Source: an uncultured bacterium (GTDB taxonomy: Bacteria; Verrucomicrobiota; Verrucomicrobiia; Limisphaerales; UBA8199). From it: DNA of 64,000 nucleotides. The stretch spans positions 256,001 through 320,000 of the forward strand of contig CAVVMW010000019.1 in NCBI GenBank assembly GCA_963749495.1, written 5' to 3'. Positions 30,101 to 41,323 of this stretch are shown piece after piece (within the stretch, counting starts at the first letter, position 1; the number at the start of each line of letters is the position of its first letter). A program made the position numbers and the translations under genes. The notes under the pieces are model-generated. The model saw only the letters and a program-made list of their open reading frames with translations, had not been told where the DNA came from and made no database searches.

Positions 30101-30781
30101 CCCTCGGCAACCCCGCTTTCGCCCCTGCCCGACCCGTTGAGCTGGCGCCTGCGCAAGCTCGATGTCCGCCAGGAAGCCGGCAACGTGCGCGTTCTGCTCC
30201 AAGGCGGCTACGAGCATTTTGAGGGCGGCTACGACCTGCTCATCACCCCCGGCGGCGCGCTGACCGTCCAGTCCAACTTCAAGTACGCCGGGCCCAAGCT
30301 CCTGGCGCGCGAGATTGGCCTGGCTTTTTCCGTGCCCAGGGACTGCGACCTGCTGCGCTGGCAGCGGCAGGCCGAGTGGAGCGTTTATCCCGAAGACCAC
30401 ATCGGCCGGCCCCTGGGCCAGACCCGCACCTTCATCCCGCATCCCGGCGCCCTGCCGCCCTCCTGGCCCTGGGCGGCCGACAATTCGCCCATGGGCTGCA
30501 ACGATTTCCGCAGCACCAAACGCCATATCAACTGGGCTGCCATCAGCTACCCCGATGGCCCGGGCGTCTGGGCCGACTCCGACGGCTCGCAGCACCTTCG
30601 CGCCATGGTCGCACCGGACCGCATCCTGGTTCACATCAACGATTGGTATGGCGGGACCCATTGCGGCCTCGGCGAATGGACCGGCAACTACGGCGAAGGC
30701 AAACCGCTGGAGCCCGGCCAGGTCCTCCAATCCACCGCCAGGCTGCGGCTCGCCCAGCCAGAAATGCGGATGCCGCGGTAA
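27140..30781 (+). CDS. Secreted GH2 glycoside hydrolase (beta-galactosidase-like) with N-terminal discoidin/F5-8C domain
   Basis: Signal peptide; LRFDGVYS, WEAEHPACY, LMKEANLNSLRTSHYPP, RDRNHPSVFIWSVCNES motifs. Confidence 0.92.
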   Translation: MKPRIVPLLLPLLSAAVCCGLPRAAARGGEAAPGNLALGARASAFESYQGMTPNLANDGNPDTRWLGIPGHNTGGWFELDWDKPVRVGEVVVFQHDRYVKEMDLQVWDEQGQGWVTLEHLGSPDQRLPRVVVCRFKSRSTSRVRLANITNGPSFTEVQVFEQPFSRPPAITMASDADGRFIGMVCDEWGSAPVAGAEVSLEGAAKSGAWHAAARSDEYGLFFAPMPLGLTGTVSVTARLPGAESQADHTVAAQADAAGFQYGLTPESLERRKLSLDGPWRFAPDPPAFWEPGFDDRAWSGIHVPAHIAMEGFQSTEGVGGYRTHFRAPPGSGRLKLRFDGVYSGGEVWVNGRRLAYHEGGALPFEVDITDAATRRDNVLAVRVTQHTVVSDQLDKMSEYADFPLAGIMRPVWLFRVPAIHIGALELTTRFDEGYRDARVDARAAIVNELSEAPPEAELEVRLLDPEQRPVPGGAQTVVVEARPWERAAAQLGLPVRAPRHWEAEHPACYVLEAALKVKGRVLDRVAQHIGFRQTDIRDGQLLINGQPVKIRGTCHHDSHPLLGRAVTPALARQDLELMKEANLNSLRTSHYPPLPALLDAADELGVYVEDEGSFCWADVTDDLRLTPRVMQLNAELLARDRNHPSVFIWSVCNESAFGYGLERAHQWMRAADPSRPNAGSWARGLVEITVEHNPITVAGIERMERASKPVLWDECWCIYQGIWGDVAEMWLDPGIRDYYAEPLPAIYARMMQSRNVAGSQIWAWSDDIFCVPNRGLEYGRQATACHFIESEYRLPGRGLVGDAPWGVVDGWRRKKPEFWITKKLHSPVKLKEAPVPLPAPGAPIRLTVENQYDFTDLAELNIGWQIGPEHGRARAAVPPHQTGGVVLEPARVPAAGAALLIEFRDRSGRLVDAYRLPLGQAVASMPPLRTPGPGPLQIVRENYLAGEGTRVVGQGFELAFDQASGQLRRGVGFGQALLLEMPRVHVLPSATPLSPLPDPLSWRLRKLDVRQEAGNVRVLLQGGYEHFEGGYDLLITPGGALTVQSNFKYAGPKLLAREIGLAFSVPRDCDLLRWQRQAEWSVYPEDHIGRPLGQTRTFIPHPGALPPSWPWAADNSPMGCNDFRSTKRHINWAAISYPDGPGVWADSDGSQHLRAMVAPDRILVHINDWYGGTHCGLGEWTGNYGEGKPLEPGQVLQSTARLRLAQPEMRMPR

Positions 30782-30789
30782 GCAACGTC

Positions 30790-30823
30790 CGAGGGTCGAG
30801 GGTCGAGGGTCGAGGGTCGAGGG
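30790..30823 (+). repeat. Heptamer array (GAGGGTC)4+
   Basis: Direct reading; inverted partner at 31741-31777. Confidence 0.92.
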
Positions 30824-30932
30824 AACCCCGAGCGGCCGTCTCGCGGCACGGGAGCGCTTACGAGTGAGGGGCGGCCCACGCGGGAGGTACTGCCTCGGAG
30901 GGGCTGCCGATCATAGGCTAACGCCCGCCATG

Positions 30933-31193
30933 TCACTTTTTCGGCTTATAGCCTTGCGGCAGCCGATCCCATTCCGGAGGCTCCGTGCTCGGAACCTGAG
31001 CGAGAAAGTCACCCAAGCCTTTGCCGGTCGCACGGGCAGCCCGCTCCTCCAGGAGCGGCTCCGCAACCAGGCGCGAGAGGCTTTGGGTCAGGGCAATGGT
31101 CACGAGCGCGTCCATGGACAAGTTCTTCGAGGCGGCCACTTCACGGGCCTTTGCGTGCAGGTTGTCCGGGAGATTCACGGTCAATGCGCTCAT
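30933..31193 (-). CDS. Ribbon-helix-helix antitoxin (HicB/CopG-like)
   Basis: MSALTVNLPDNLHAKAREVA...SMDALVTIAL; directly downstream of the PIN gene. Confidence 0.8.
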   Translation of the reverse strand: MSALTVNLPDNLHAKAREVAASKNLSMDALVTIALTQSLSRLVAEPLLEERAARATGKGLGDFLAQVPSTEPPEWDRLPQGYKPKK

Positions 31194-31194
31194 A

Positions 31195-31614
31195 TCAAAT
31201 GATTCTCAGGAACTCGCCCGGCCTCAACACGCCCACGCCGAATCGTTCAGCATCCCGGAAGTCCCCGCGGTTATGCGTGACAATATACCTTGATGCCGAC
31301 GCCAATGCCAGTTCCAAAATCAACTCGTCATCTGGATCAGCCAAAAAAGGACGAATCAGGTAGAATATCGCGTGGCGGTTGGCGCGGGCGGCCAAGTCAT
31401 CCAGAGACCTGTCCACCACCGCCAGCGAGCGCCCTTGGCGATGCTGCTCGCGCTTGAGCACGGCTTCGTACTCCAAAAGCAACCCGGTGGAAATGTTCCA
31501 CTGCCAACGAGCATCCCCTGCCGAGAACAGCCGCAGCATCTCGAACGAAGCGCCCGCGTTGGACCTCGCGGCAGCGACTAGCACATTAGTATCGATGACG
31601 ACTTGAATGGGCAT
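31195..31614 (-). CDS. PIN-domain toxin
   Basis: VVIDTNVLVAA...LLEYEAVL...DPDDELILELA...IVTHNRGDF. Confidence 0.92.
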   Translation of the reverse strand: MPIQVVIDTNVLVAAARSNAGASFEMLRLFSAGDARWQWNISTGLLLEYEAVLKREQHRQGRSLAVVDRSLDDLAARANRHAIFYLIRPFLADPDDELILELALASASRYIVTHNRGDFRDAERFGVGVLRPGEFLRII

Positions 31615-31740
31615 TCCGATTGCGCTGCACGATACGGGAGCGACCTTGATTCAACCAGAGTTTTCCGGGGGGATCGGTCCCATAGCGAACAATTCCGTCA
31701 TGCACCCTGGCACCCGACGCTCGCCCCTCGCCACTTGGCA

Positions 31741-31777
31741 CTCGACACTCGACCCTCGACCCTCGACCCTCGACCCT
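31741..31777 (-). repeat. Heptamer array (CTCGACC)n, reverse complement of the 30790 array
   Basis: Direct reading. Confidence 0.9.
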
Positions 31778-31782
31778 TGACG

Positions 31783-32494
31783 ATGAGCGCGAAGTACTGG
31801 AAACGGTTGTCGCACGAGCAGGCGCTGTGGCGGCAGGGGCTGGATTGGGTCGCGGGCGTTGACGAAGCGGGTTGCGGCCCGCTGGCCGGGCCGGTCGTGG
31901 CTGCCGCCGTGGTTTTTCCGTGCGGTTGGCTGGAGCAGGGGCTTTGCGCCAGGCTCCGGGGCCTGAACGACTCGAAGCAGCTTGCCCAAGAGCAGCGCGA
32001 GCGCTATTTCGCCGTGCTCACCCGCCATCCCGAGATTCGCTATGCCATCGCCGAAGTGGACGCGGAGATGATCGACCGGATCAACATCCGGCAGGCGGCC
32101 TGGCGCGCGATGAACCTGGCCCTGGACCAGTTGGAGCCCAGGCCGCAGCACGTGCTGGTGGATGGCTTGAGGATCAAGTGGCTGGCCTACGCCCAGACCG
32201 CGCTCATCCAAGGGGACTGCAAGAGCTATTCAAATCGCCGCCGCCAGCGTGCTGGCCAAGGTGACTCGGGACCGGCTCATGCGCGACTTCGACCGGCTCT
32301 ATCCCGGCTACGGTTTTGCGGAGCACAAGGGCTACGGCACACCGCAGCACCTGGCCGCCATCAGCCAACTCGGCCCCTGCCCAATCCATCGCCGCACCTT
32401 CGCTCCATTCCGCCCCGTGGAAACCGCGCTGGAGCTGTTCCCCGACCCGGAGATTCAAAGCCCCCCGGCGCAGGACCCGATGGGAACGGGCTGA
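31783..32494 (+). CDS. rnhB: Ribonuclease HII (frameshift near 32232)
   Basis: [28 protein letters not shown], then [13 protein letters not shown]...HKGYGT..H...[10 protein letters not shown] in the next frame. Confidence 0.93.
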
Positions 32495-32547
32495 TCCGGC
32501 CTACAAGGGTGCGACTAAAAGCGTCGGGCATGCGCCTCGGGAGTTTT

Positions 32548-32735
32548 GTCCCGGAGGGACATCTGAGAATAGCCCGGCGTTTCAACGCCGGGGAGGGCAC
32601 AGAAGGGAGCCTCGTCCCGAAGGGACGACTGACAACGCTCCTTGGTTTCAGCCGTCCCTTCGGGACGGACCTGCTCCTTGGGTCCGCTCACCCGGCGTTG
32701 AAACGCCGGGCTATTATCGGAAGCCCCTTCGGGGC
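32548..32735. repeat. Family B REP-like element between convergent rnhB and DUF2339 genes
   Basis: Same architecture as 22103-22284. Confidence 0.9.
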
Positions 32736-32779
32736 AAAGAGGCGCCCTTGGCTGACCGACAGTTTTAATCGCACCCGGC

Positions 32780-35740
32780 CTACAGCCACTCCCTGATCTT
32801 CTCCTGGTACTTGCTATAGACAAATCCGAGCACGAGCAGAGCGATGCCCAGGGTCATAAAGCTCAGAATGCGGGCCAGGGTCTCGAGCTTCCAGACATCA
32901 AGGACCACCACCCGGCCCAGGGCAGCCCCCAGTATGCCCAGGCTCAGCCAGCGGTGCATCCGCTCCCGGAACAGGATGCCGCAGGTGAACAGGGCCAGCG
33001 CCAGGGCCGACCAGCTCGCCGTCAGGTAAAATCCGCTCGCCGTCTCCTGGACCCAAAGCGAGAGCAGCCGCCACAGGCTCAGCCCCCCAAGGAGGATCAT
33101 GGCTGCCTGCCAGGCCGGGTCGAGGCGGTAGCGATCGGGCAGGCGCCTGGCGGTCTGTTGCTGGCCCAGTAGGGCAAGGATGGCCAGCAGATTCGGCCAG
33201 TACACCTTGGGCACGTTGATCTCGATGGACGGGAGCCAAAAACACGCCAACGCACCGGCAGTAAATGCCCCGCTGAACAGGAGTGCTTCCTGGTTCTTCC
33301 GCCAGCCGCCCCAGAGGAATACCAGCAATCCCAGCAGCGCCAGCACCCACATCCGCTCGGATTCGTTGATATAGGCAAAGACCCACCAGAGCGACATCGC
33401 CAGTGCCACCCAGCGGTAGATCCTCGCGAGGGCCAGCAACGAGGCCTTGACCCGCTCCTCTGCCTGGGGCTTGAGCTGGAACCATTTGACGGTGGCGAAC
33501 GAGAGTGCGCCGAGCGCGGCTGCGGGCGCGAGCGCCAGCGGCCAGGTCGGCTTGGTTTGGGACAGTTGCCAGGCAAACTGCGCGCTGCTCACCACCAGCA
33601 GGACCTGCGCGCAGGCCGCCAGGAACCAGGCGCGCGTGAGCACGCCGTATGCAGTGATCCCGAGCGCCAGCACGCTGGTCACCGCCAGCCACGTCGGCGG
33701 GTCCAGCCTGGGGCCCAGCCAGGCGCAGAGCGTCCCGATGATGGCCGCGGCGTACAAGGCTTGCCAGGCCAGTGCGGCTTGTGGGGGGGCAGCCAGCACC
33801 TTCTGCCTCTGCCACCAATGGCTCAACCCCAGCGTCAGGCCCAGCAGCAACGCGGGGTCCCACCAGGGCGGGGCCTGGCCGCCATTGGCCGCATTGTAGA
33901 TCCAGGTGCATTGGGCGATGACCAGGTAGCCCTGGGCGAGCAGGGTGACCTCGGGGATGCGCAGCAGATAGAATGAGAGTGTCAGCACCGCCCCTTCCGC
34001 GGCAAGGACCAGGGGAAAATGTGCCGTGCAGTTGTCCCAGGTGGCCGCCAACCAGACTGCCAGCGCGAGTGTTGTAAAGTATCCGACGCCGGGGCGCAGG
34101 GCCGTCGTGGGCGTTGGCGCAGTGCAACGGTGTGCCAGGAGGGTGTTGGCCATCATCAGCCCGCCCAGTCCTATGCCCAGGTAAAGGCCACGAGCATCGT
34201 GTTCGAGCATCCCATCCATGCCCCAGCCCGCCGACAGTCCGGCAGCCAGGTAAGCCCCGGCGAGCAGGACCGCGCTCTGGCGCGCCTGGCCGGCCATTAG
34301 CAGCATCACGCTCTCGCTCGCCAGGATAAGCGCCAACTGCAGGCCGCTATATCGCGTAATGAATCCCACCGTCACCAGAAGCAAGCCCTGGGCCAGGTAG
34401 AACTCTCGCGCCAGGGCTTCGGATGCCAGGGTGCGCCGCGCCACCTCGGCCAGGACCAGCAGCACCCCGCCATAGACCAGCGCGAACTTCCAGAAACCAC
34501 CATGGCGCACCAGGAGCATCGTCAACAGGAACAGCGTGAAAAAGGCCCCGTTGTTGAGGGTCAGAAAGCCGGCGCGGTTTTGCCCGGCGAATTTTGCGTC
34601 GCGAGACAGGAACACCGCTGTCGTAAAGACTACCCAGTAGCCGATCAGGAACGAGGCCCCCTGCCACAATCCCTCCTCGGGCGCGGCCCAATGCCATTGG
34701 CTGCCGTTGGAAAAGCGCCAGAACGCATAAGCCGCGTAGGTTGCGGCCAGGCTCACGTAAGTGAGCGCCGCCCAACGGTTGCGCACCAGGAAAAACACCG
34801 CGGCCAGGGCAAGGACCAGGTTCGAGTAGAGCGTGAATGAGCCGACCCGCGTAATGACCGAGCTATAGTAAGCCAGCAACACCGCCAGGAGCGCCAGTAC
34901 TTCCGATCGCTTGCGGTCGGCGACCCATACCATGAAGCCCGCCCAGGCCAGCAGCAGCGCCCCGTCAACCGTCGGGTCCCGAATGACCTTCAGCGGTTCG
35001 AGATGGTGCGCCGCGTAGGTGGTGAAATAGACCGCCGCCAGGCCCCCGGCGAACAGCACTTGGGCATAATTCTTCAGCGACTCCTTGGCCGGCTCGCGCT
35101 GCCACCACAGGCCGGCCCCCAGCAGCAGCCCGCTGGCCAGATACAGCAACGCGAGCTTCCCGCCGGGACCGAGATTAATGATGAATTTCTGGTAAGCGTA
35201 GTTGCCGAAAAAGACGAGGCCGGTCAAAACCAGGGCGACGCCCAACCGCGCCAGCCAGTAGGTGCCCAGGCGCAACTCGAACGAGCGGGATCCAGCCGCC
35301 TCATGCGGGGCCGGGCGGATTGGCTCGGGGGCACACGGGGCTGCTGCCGCCGTGGGGCAGACCTCTGGTCTGCCGATTGAGGCCCCCTCGGGTGGCGCCG
35401 GCTTGGGGACGGGGCCGAAGGCCCCGCTCACCGGCAGACCAGAGGTCTGCCCCACAGGCTCGGCCACCGTCTGCGAGCGGACGACCATCGGCGGGCGCGG
35501 AATGAGCGGCGGAAGCGGTTGCGGGGCGATGGCCGGGGAGGGTGCCGGGGCTGCCGAAAGCGGCGCGCTGGCAGGTGGCGCCGCTGTTCCGGGCGGCGAA
35601 CTGGCCGCGACGCGGTCGCCCGGCGCGTTGAGTTGCTCTTCCAGCCGCGCCAGTTGCCGATCCAGGGCCAATAGCTCCAGCTTGAGTCGCGCCTGGCGTT
35701 GTTTGATCTGCTCCAACTCGAGTCGCTCAGCGTCGTTCAT
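32780..35740 (-). CDS. DUF2339-like polytopic membrane protein
   Basis: Coiled-coil and proline-rich N-terminus, FELRLGTYWLARLG, more than 20 TM segments, RILSFMTLGIALLVLGFVYSK end. Confidence 0.85.
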   Translation of the reverse strand: MNDAERLELEQIKQRQARLKLELLALDRQLARLEEQLNAPGDRVAASSPPGTAAPPASAPLSAAPAPSPAIAPQPLPPLIPRPPMVVRSQTVAEPVGQTSGLPVSGAFGPVPKPAPPEGASIGRPEVCPTAAAAPCAPEPIRPAPHEAAGSRSFELRLGTYWLARLGVALVLTGLVFFGNYAYQKFIINLGPGGKLALLYLASGLLLGAGLWWQREPAKESLKNYAQVLFAGGLAAVYFTTYAAHHLEPLKVIRDPTVDGALLLAWAGFMVWVADRKRSEVLALLAVLLAYYSSVITRVGSFTLYSNLVLALAAVFFLVRNRWAALTYVSLAATYAAYAFWRFSNGSQWHWAAPEEGLWQGASFLIGYWVVFTTAVFLSRDAKFAGQNRAGFLTLNNGAFFTLFLLTMLLVRHGGFWKFALVYGGVLLVLAEVARRTLASEALAREFYLAQGLLLVTVGFITRYSGLQLALILASESVMLLMAGQARQSAVLLAGAYLAAGLSAGWGMDGMLEHDARGLYLGIGLGGLMMANTLLAHRCTAPTPTTALRPGVGYFTTLALAVWLAATWDNCTAHFPLVLAAEGAVLTLSFYLLRIPEVTLLAQGYLVIAQCTWIYNAANGGQAPPWWDPALLLGLTLGLSHWWQRQKVLAAPPQAALAWQALYAAAIIGTLCAWLGPRLDPPTWLAVTSVLALGITAYGVLTRAWFLAACAQVLLVVSSAQFAWQLSQTKPTWPLALAPAAALGALSFATVKWFQLKPQAEERVKASLLALARIYRWVALAMSLWWVFAYINESERMWVLALLGLLVFLWGGWRKNQEALLFSGAFTAGALACFWLPSIEINVPKVYWPNLLAILALLGQQQTARRLPDRYRLDPAWQAAMILLGGLSLWRLLSLWVQETASGFYLTASWSALALALFTCGILFRERMHRWLSLGILGAALGRVVVLDVWKLETLARILSFMTLGIALLVLGFVYSKYQEKIREWL
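35352..35455. repeat. Family E element inserted in frame in the DUF2339 gene
   Basis: Encodes VGQTSGLP...IGRPEVCPT within the proline-rich linker. Confidence 0.88.
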
Positions 35741-35870
35741 GGGATGTGCAGCGTTTGTGCAGAAGCGGATTCCGGCGTTCTCCCGAGCGGCCAGACGCAA
35801 CGGCGGCATGTGCCGCATTCCCGCGCTCTGCGCGTCGCGTTCCGCGCCGGCGCAGGCGCTGCACCTTGGT

Positions 35871-36062
35871 TCAATTGGCCGCCAGGCAACCGGCCACGTC
35901 CACGACTTGGCTCGCGGGCCCGTGCGGCGCAACCTCCTGCCCGCACTTGCGGCCGAAACTCAACGCCATCCACAACATGGCCGAGGCCAGCCCCAGCAGC
36001 GCCACCCGGCCCGTCCAACGCCGAATCCGCCAAACCTTTAAAGCTCGATGAGTGGTTTTCAT
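35871..36062 (-). CDS. Small hypothetical membrane protein
   Basis: 63-aa ORF with one hydrophobic segment, same strand as neighbours. Confidence 0.3.
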   Translation of the reverse strand: MKTTHRALKVWRIRRWTGRVALLGLASAMLWMALSFGRKCGQEVAPHGPASQVVDVAGCLAAN

Positions 36063-36140
36063 GCCGCCATGTTAGCGCGGTTCTGCTTGGGGGTGTTAAT
36101 TGATAAACTTGCTTCGAACATCTCTCAAAACAATTGTGGG

Positions 36141-37010
<870 letters not shown>

Positions 37011-37199
37011 TTGTTCCTCCTGGATGGGCTAACGTCCTGCTTCATGTATTGTCCTTCCCGATTCCTGCGCCCGGGTCCCGGTCGCTGGGCCGACCTCCCG
37101 GGGATTGCTGCTGGGAGGCCATATTATCCGGGGCACGGAACCAAGTCAATTGAAAACCGCTGCCTATTGACGGGTCAGTGATGGCGGAGCTTGTTTCTT

Positions 37200-37263
37200 T
37201 TTAACCACGGATGGACCAGATCAACACAGATAAGGCTGGAATCTCTGTTCATCCGTGGTTAAA
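37200..37263. repeat. Hairpin TTTAACCACGGATG...CATCCGTGGTTAAA
   Basis: 14-bp perfect inverted arms. Confidence 0.8.
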
Positions 37264-37281
37264 GGACTTCGAGTCCCGCGC

Positions 37282-40200
37282 TTATTGCCCACTTACGGCC
37301 GGGAAGGGAGCTGGAATGCGCAGGCGGTAGAACCGTTGATGGTTGGTTGCCGCGTCGGTTACGGTCTTTATGGTCCCATCGCCCAGGACGGCAGTCAAAG
37401 CCGTCCAGGCCGTGGCGGACAGGGAATCGGTGAACTCGACGACGTAGTGTACCCCCTGGTCCGTAGGCAGCGAAAGCAGGAGCATGCCTTTGGCTGGATC
37501 CAGGCTGCAGGATACGACTGGCTTGGTATCCAGAACAGTGACCGAGCCGTTCTGCGTCTCCATCGCCGCCAAGGCCATCGCCACGCTTGCCTCCCGGACC
37601 GTCGGGGCGTCAGCGAACGTCAACGAGGAGGCACTCCCAGGCTGGCCAATCACATCGAAATCTATGGCGAAGACGACGCTCCCATCGGCTATGGTCACAC
37701 CGGTTGCCCCCGGATCATCCCATGAAAAGGTCAGCTTCCCTTGATTGGCAAGCGCAAGTCCGAAGTTTCCCGAGGACAAACCGGGCAACCCGAACTGCTC
37801 GATATCCCTGTACCTTAGTATTGTGGGGTCCCACGTGAGAGTGAATTGCGCGGTGGTCAAGTCGTGCGCGGCGCCGGCCGTCACCCTGGCGGTCAAAAGG
37901 CCATGCGGCTGCGCCGAATCGGCACTGGCCTGGAGGCGAACCAAATCCAGGCCCTTTGGCTTTGCCGTTGTGTTCGTTGTTCCCTGGTTACCGCCTGCCG
38001 CCAACTGCGCCGCGAGAGGTTCCGTCCAGGAACCGTTCACATCCCCCAGCTTAATGGCAACAAAGTCCTGCCCGGATAGGTTGCTGACCAGGTTCGTGTA
38101 CCACCGGTTCGTCGGTGCGTGCCACGGGCTTGTTGGATCCGCAAAGACATGATCCGCCGGCACAAACCGCCACAAACCCATCGGCAAGTCATTGGTCAAA
38201 CCCAATACCAACCGGCGAAGCAGGGCGATGTCCACCGTCGTAATCGTTCCCGAGCCGTCGGCGTCCGCCGCCAGCAGCTTGTAAGGCGAATCCAACAAGC
38301 GGTTTCCCAGCATGTGTTGCCGAATCAGGATGAGATCCAGCGTAGTCACTCCGCGGGCTGCGGGGGTATCATCGGCCTTGGCCGGGGTGACCTCGAACCC
38401 CAGGCTCCCGATGACGCTGGGGAATTTGTAGCTGCCGTCCTTGGCCGTCAGCGTGTTCGTATCGCGGACCCCCTCGAGCGTGACGGTGACGCCCCCCACC
38501 GGCTTGGCCGAAGGCCCGCGAGAAGGGTAGTTGGTTGGATAATAGAGAACTCGGCCGCCAATGGACACGGTTGCCGGGGCGATGGATACCAGGCCGGCCA
38601 AGGTCTGCACCGGCACCAAGGCCAAATCCCCATTAGCCGCTTGCAGGGGGACTGGCGTGCTGTTGATCGTGAGAGGACTGGCGGCCCCGGGCTTGCCGAT
38701 CAACGCCAGGCGCAGCGCAAAGACGGTCGTGCCATCCTCCAGCGATTGGCTGCCGCCGCCGGGATCATCCCAGGAAACCGTCAGGGTGCCGCTTTTGGTC
38801 AGGTTCGTGCCAAAGCTCTCTCCGGTCAATCCACTCAACCCAAACTGCTCAACCCCGACGTACCTGGCCACTGCGGCATCCCAGTGGAGCGAGAATTGGA
38901 AGGAAGCGATCTGCGTGAAATGGGTGACCTGGACTGGGAGCAGGACTTGGGCGGACCGCGCACCGCTGTTGGTTCCGACGGCAAAAGACAGAGGCCCGGC
39001 TGGGGGAGTCACCGTCAGCACGGCGACGGCGCTGGCGACCACGCCCACACTGTTCGAGACGACCGCCTGGTAGGTCCCGGCATTGGTGCCCGAGACGGAG
39101 CGAATCAAGAGATTGCTCGTGGTCGCGCCGCTGAACGGGCCGCCGTTGGTCACGTTCACGCCCCCGAACTGCCACTGATAGCTGAGCGGCGCGGCGCCCG
39201 CAGCGAGGACGATGAAGCCCACGCCGGTTCCCGCCGCAACGGTCAGGCTTTGGGGCTGCAGAGTGATCCGGGGCGCTCCAGACGCCGCGAGCGGCACGCC
39301 CTTGGTGATCCGACAGTTGAAGGTGTCCGCCACATAGATGTTGCCGGCGCTGTCCAGCGCCAGGCTGGTTGGATCATTGAATTGCGCGCCGTCACCGACT
39401 CCATCCACGCTGCCCGCGACACGCGCCACACCACCGATGGTGGTCACCACGCCCGCAGGCGTGATCTGGCGAATCGTCTCGTTGGAGGTGTCCGCCACAA
39501 AAACGTTGCCCAGGCTGTCCACCGCCACACCCTCGGGGTAGAAGAACCGTGCCGCGCTCCCCGCGCCGTCGGCGCTGCCCCACTCCCCTGCCGATCCCGC
39601 CAGCGTCGTCACCACGCCTGCTGGTGTCACCTTGCGAATCGTGTCGTTTCCCTCATCCGCCACATAGACGTTGCCCAAGCCGTCCACCGCCATGCCCCAG
39701 GGGTATTCGAACCGCGCCGCGCTTCCGGTGCCATCCGCGCTTCCCATAGTCCCGGCCAACCCCGCCAGCGTCGTCACTACCCCCGCAGGGGTGATCCGGC
39801 GAATCGTGTCGTTCGACGTATCCGCCACAAAAACGTTGCCCGCGCTGTCCACCGCCACGCCCCTGGGGTCGGCGAACCGCGCCGCGCTTCCGGTGCCATC
39901 CGCGCTGCCCATAGTCCCGGCCAACCCCGCCAGCGTCGTCACTACGCCCGCGGGGGTGATCCCGCGAATCGTGTGGTTCGACGTATCCGCCACAAAAATG
40001 GTGCCCATGCTGTCCACCGCCACAGCGTAGGGGTAGTCGAACCGCGCCGCGCTCCCCGTGCCATCCGCGCTGCCCGAAGTCCCGGCCAACCCAGCCAGCG
40101 TCGTCACCACACCTGCCGGCGTGATCTTGCGAATCGTTTCGTTGTAGTTATCCGCGACATAAATGTTGCCTGTACCTGTCGACTGCGACGCCGAAGGGGT

Positions 40201-41322
40201 AGTTGAACCGCGCCGCGCTCCCCGTGCCGTCCGCGCTGCCCACTTCCCCCGGCATTCCCGCAAAATTGGTGAAAGCGTACCCTGGTGAACCCGGTTGCAA
40301 GACCACCGTGAGGATGGCGCTCTGGCTGGCTGCGCCGCCCACGGCATTTGTGGCTGTCAACCGGAACCGATGCCCGGTCATGGCCACAGTGACATTTGAA
40401 ATCACCAGCGCCCCGGCGCTCGAACCGCTCAGACCGGCGCCATCCACCAGGTTGGTCCAGGACATTCCGCCGTCTGTGGAAAGCTGCCAGAGCAACACCG
40501 GGTTTGGCACGCCGCTGGCGGCGGCGGTGAAGACCGCGTTGGTTCCCGCCGCAACGGTCAGGCTCTGCGGTTGCACCAGGAACTGGGGTGGTTGCAGCGC
40601 CGCCGGCACGCCTTTGGTAATCCGAAAGTTGAAATTGTCCGCCACATAGATATTGCCGGCGCCATCAACCTCCAGGCCCCAAGGCTCCCAGAACCCGGCT
40701 GCGCTCCCGATGCCGTCGGCGCTCCCCCAGCTTCCTGACAGACCTGCCAGGGTGGTCACGAGGCCCTCCGGCGTGACCCCGCGAATCGTGTTGTTGTTGG
40801 AATCCGCCACATAGATGTTGCCCGAATCGTCCACGGCTACACCGTATGGGGAGTTGAAGCGCGCCGCGCTCCCCGTGCCGTCCGCGCTCCCGGGGAGGCC
40901 CGCCAGACCAGCCAGCGTAGTCACCACGCCGCCCGGCGTCAGCCTGCGGATTGTGTCGTTGGCGACGTCCGCCACGTAAATGTTGCCGGTGGTGTCCACC
41001 GCCACGCCGGAGGGCATCTTGAACCGCGCCACGCCCCCGACGCCGTCCGCGCTCCCAGGGTTGCCCGCCAGACCAGCCAGCGTCGTCACCTGCCCCGCCG
41101 GCGTGATTCGGCGGATCGTGTGGTTCAACTGGTCTGCAACGTAGATGTTGCCCATGCTATCCACTGCCACGCCGTACGGCTGGTAAAACCGGGCGCCGCT
41201 CCCAATGCCGTCGGTGCTGCCCGAGGCACCTGCCTGTCCCGCCAAGGTCGTCACCACGCCCTCCGGTGTGACCTTGCGGACCGTGCAGTTGGTCAGGTCC
41301 GCCACGTACACGTTGCCCGCTA
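37282..41322 (-). pseudogene. Large NHL-repeat / Ig / cohesin-dockerin-cohesin surface protein, 5'-truncated by IS1634 (also frameshift near 40175)
   Basis: Repeated GSADGTGSAARF..P.GVAVD..GN.YVAD; QPQSLTVAAG Ig domains; FQFSLHWD and AQFTLTWD cohesin-like; ADADGSGTITTVDIALLRRLVLG dockerin-like; frame begins mid-repeat at the IS boundary. Confidence 0.87.
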
Positions 41323-41323
41323 G

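Noticed and set aside
26642..30781. Apparent 1379-aa ParD-GH2 fusion
   Set aside because: The first 166 codons run through an antitoxin stub and repeats; a clear signal peptide starts at 27140
32225..32240. Programmed frameshift in rnhB (and similar sites)
   Set aside because: No consistent slippery sequence across the many shifts; sequencing indel is simpler
39330..41320. Near-identical ~165-bp DNA repeats as a DGR template/variable pair or an RNA array
   Set aside because: They are coding NHL repeats; no reverse transcriptase and no adenine-specific variation evident
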